A stretch of DNA of 64,000 bases from Selaginella moellendorffii (taxonomy: Eukaryota > Plantae > Lycopodiophyta), in the NCBI RefSeq assembly GCF_000143415.4, contig NW_003314305.1, forward strand, positions 191,325-255,324, given 5' to 3'. The notes below the pieces were generated by a model. It did not search any database and was not told the origin of the DNA. It saw only the letters and a list, made by a program, of their open reading frames with translations. This document shows, one piece after another, positions 61,645 through 64,000 of the stretch; within the stretch, counting starts at the first letter, position 1; each line of letters starts with the position of its first letter. The position numbers and the translations under genes are program-made.

Positions 61645-64000
61645 GAGCAATGGCCACGGGATGGGTTCAAGAGGTGAAAGAGAATCTAATGCCAAAGTTG
61701 CAATGCTGATTCAGGCCTATTTAGAGCCATCCAGGCCAAATAGATTACAATTCTTATATTCTTTGTCCGCTCGGGGAGAAAGAAAAAAAAAGCATATGTT
61801 GATCTGCAAACCAATGCTTTTGATTTCATTGGATTTTTAATCACAGCCCAGTGCGTTCTTAATGGCACAGAGGAGACAGGCCTGGAAGCAGCTGGGGGCG
61901 ATTCTCCAGGACCAGAAAGCGTGACTAATCAAAGAGCCACGTAAAGAGAAACTCAGAGAACTATACGAAACAATGGAAAACATGGAAAGACGATGGAAAC
62001 AAGCTCTGCGATGAAACAATGGAAAACAATGGAAAAAACACAACATCCAAGAACATCTTCTCGACGATTCATGACCCTCGACAACCTGGAGAGTCTACAT
62101 GAGAACTCAGAAAACGACGGAAACTTCATTGTAAACTTACGGATAACCTAAAACTGGGGACGGCCCTGCTGAAACCGGGAGGTGAAACTTTGCCCTCCGC
62201 ATTCTAGCTCGACCTTCATGCCATCCCGAAAGCTGAGAACATACTCGGAGCACAAGTTTATGAGCTCGTGGCCGAGGACGAAATCGTGGCGAGCCAGATT
62301 CATGACCGCGAAATCCAGGCATCCCTTGAACCCGCCCTCGAGCTCAAACTCGAGGTCCGCCACTTTGCGATTGCTGGGCTGCGCGGTGCTCCCCACAAGC
62401 AGGTTGACGCTAAACGGACGGCACAGCGAAGTCGTCAGCCCGAGGCGGTTGACGGCGTTGACCGACACGAAGCTGTCCGAGTTCTGGCTGAGCATGAAGG
62501 ACGCCGGGCGGCCGTTGACCGTGCCCCGGAGCCAGCGGCCATAGTCGTCGTCGCCCATGAAGGACACCAGGCACGTCTTGGCCAGCGGCGCCGCCGTGAG
62601 CTCGGCTACCAAGTCCTGAGCCTCGTTCAAGCTGCCTGGCTGCTTGCCCGCCACGAACTCGGCCACCTCAGCGTTGGGCACCGACTGGAGAAAGCTGCAT
62701 ACCTCGAGAGGAAGAAGCTCCATTTCTTGCCCTAGGACCGTTTCAGGAGAAGAATATACCCGTGATTTTAAAACCCTGCATTGAGCGTTTGGTGGTGCTC
62801 ACCTTCAAGATGTAGAGCCGCATCCAAATCCTCAGGGCTGTGCTTGAGATATCCCGGCACTACACTCTTTTCCAGATCTTCAAGAACGTTAGCAGGGAAT
62901 ATTCGCACCTTGTTCTTTTCGGCCCCAAACCCATGCATTATTCAGACATGGTACGTGTACATTTGTTTTCCTTGATGATCTTTTTGATAGTTTCTGAGCC
63001 TTGTAGCTTGATCTTATTCACCACCTGAACAACGATGACAAGTGTGGTTACAGCGAGGAATCAAAAACCTTGTTTCGACTTCCTCAAGTTCGCAATGTGC
63101 CAGGCCGAACAGAACCTGCTTGTTGGCCGCCCTGACGTCCAGAGCCTGCAAAAGAGTGCGAGAGGAGTCGCTATGTAAAAGGAGCTCGACAAATACGATA
63201 TCGGTCTCTAGAAGGTTTGCTATCAGTTTTCAGATTTTCTTACTAGGTGATTGTCATGGGCTATTTTCCTGGAGGCGAGGGCACAGACGCAATGCCAGTG
63301 CATGACATCGGCGAGCACCTGGTACTCTTTCTCGAGAGGACGTGGTAGAGGGAGCGGAGGTTCAGGTCCTCTCCTAGAAGTCTCATACCTGGATACGTCT
63401 TGGAGCTTGCAGCTTGATGCCAGAGTTGATGTGCATGAGCTGGCCAGCCTAAGGTCACAGTTCCAAAACACCATCAGGATACTTCTGGACGATGTCCAAG
63501 CCCTTTCATCACCTGCAAGTTAACAGAACTGAAAAGAGAAGCGAGCAGAAACTCACGCCGTTTACTCCTCAAACTGGAGACGCCCCTGGTGGAACGGCGA
63601 GGTAAACTTCTGCCCACCACCTAATCCAAAGTCGACCTTGATGATACCATCATCGTCCTTGTAAATCGCCTCGGAGCACACCTTCAAGAGCTGGTGCCCG
63701 AGGACGAAATCGTGGTGAATCAGATCCATGACTGAAAAATCCATGCAGCCCTTGTACCCGCCCTCAAGCTGAAACTTGAGTTTGCGAACTTTGCGATTGT
63801 GGGGCGGAGAGGGGTTCCAGCCCAGGAACTTGACGCAAAACGGGCGGCATAGCGTCGTGGTCGGCCCCAGCCTATTGACCGCATTGACCGACACGAAGCT
63901 GTCCGAGTTCTGGCTCAGCATGAAGGATACCGGGCGGCCGTTGACCGTGCCCCGGAGCCAGTTGCCGTAGTCCTCGTTGCCCATGTAGCACACCCAGCAC
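61626..64000. repeat. Tandem unit 3 (partial, more divergent after ~62780)
   Basis: Near-identical to unit 2 up to ~62780, then indels and SNPs. Confidence 0.9.
62148..64000 (-). CDS. Gag-CTD-like + retropepsin-like (pseudo)protease locus, copy 3; upstream module intact, 5' end off-window
   Basis: ORF 63562-63993 CYMGNEDYGNWLRGTVNGRPVSFMLSQNSDSFVS...EGGYKGCMDFSVMDLIHHDFVLGHQ is uninterrupted; downstream module is ORF 62148-62723. Confidence 0.7.

Overview
Eukaryotic land-plant DNA with very short introns (~50-100 nt) and compact gene spacing. The style, gene content and PLS-class PPR genes point to a lycophyte such as Selaginella, but this is an inference. The window has three zones. (1) 1-19.6 kb is a pseudogene/TE graveyard: a decayed Ty3/gypsy element, a Helitron remnant with a canonical hairpin+CTAG 3' end, and unrelated deletion-riddled gene fragments (isoamylase, kelch, LAF3-like amidohydrolase, kinase, PurL). 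(2) 19.9-41.5 kb is mostly intact genes: a PH-domain protein, an euAP2-like factor that stops where repeat 2 should begin, proteasome PAC1, GAPN, CDP-DAG synthase, ATP-PFK and a SPOROCYTELESS/TIE-like EAR repressor. A PreP fragment also lies here. (3) 44.8-64 kb is a recent tandem array (units of ~9.5 kb, ~7.3 kb and a third running off the window). Each full unit carries a Gag-like/retropepsin-like gene whose catalytic D(S/T)G is replaced, a PR-1 gene head-to-head with RING-less vWA-Vwaint gene(s), and a PLS-E PPR gene. This co-amplified module is the best candidate for an undescribed system. All protein assignments come from motif recognition by eye; no database searches were run.
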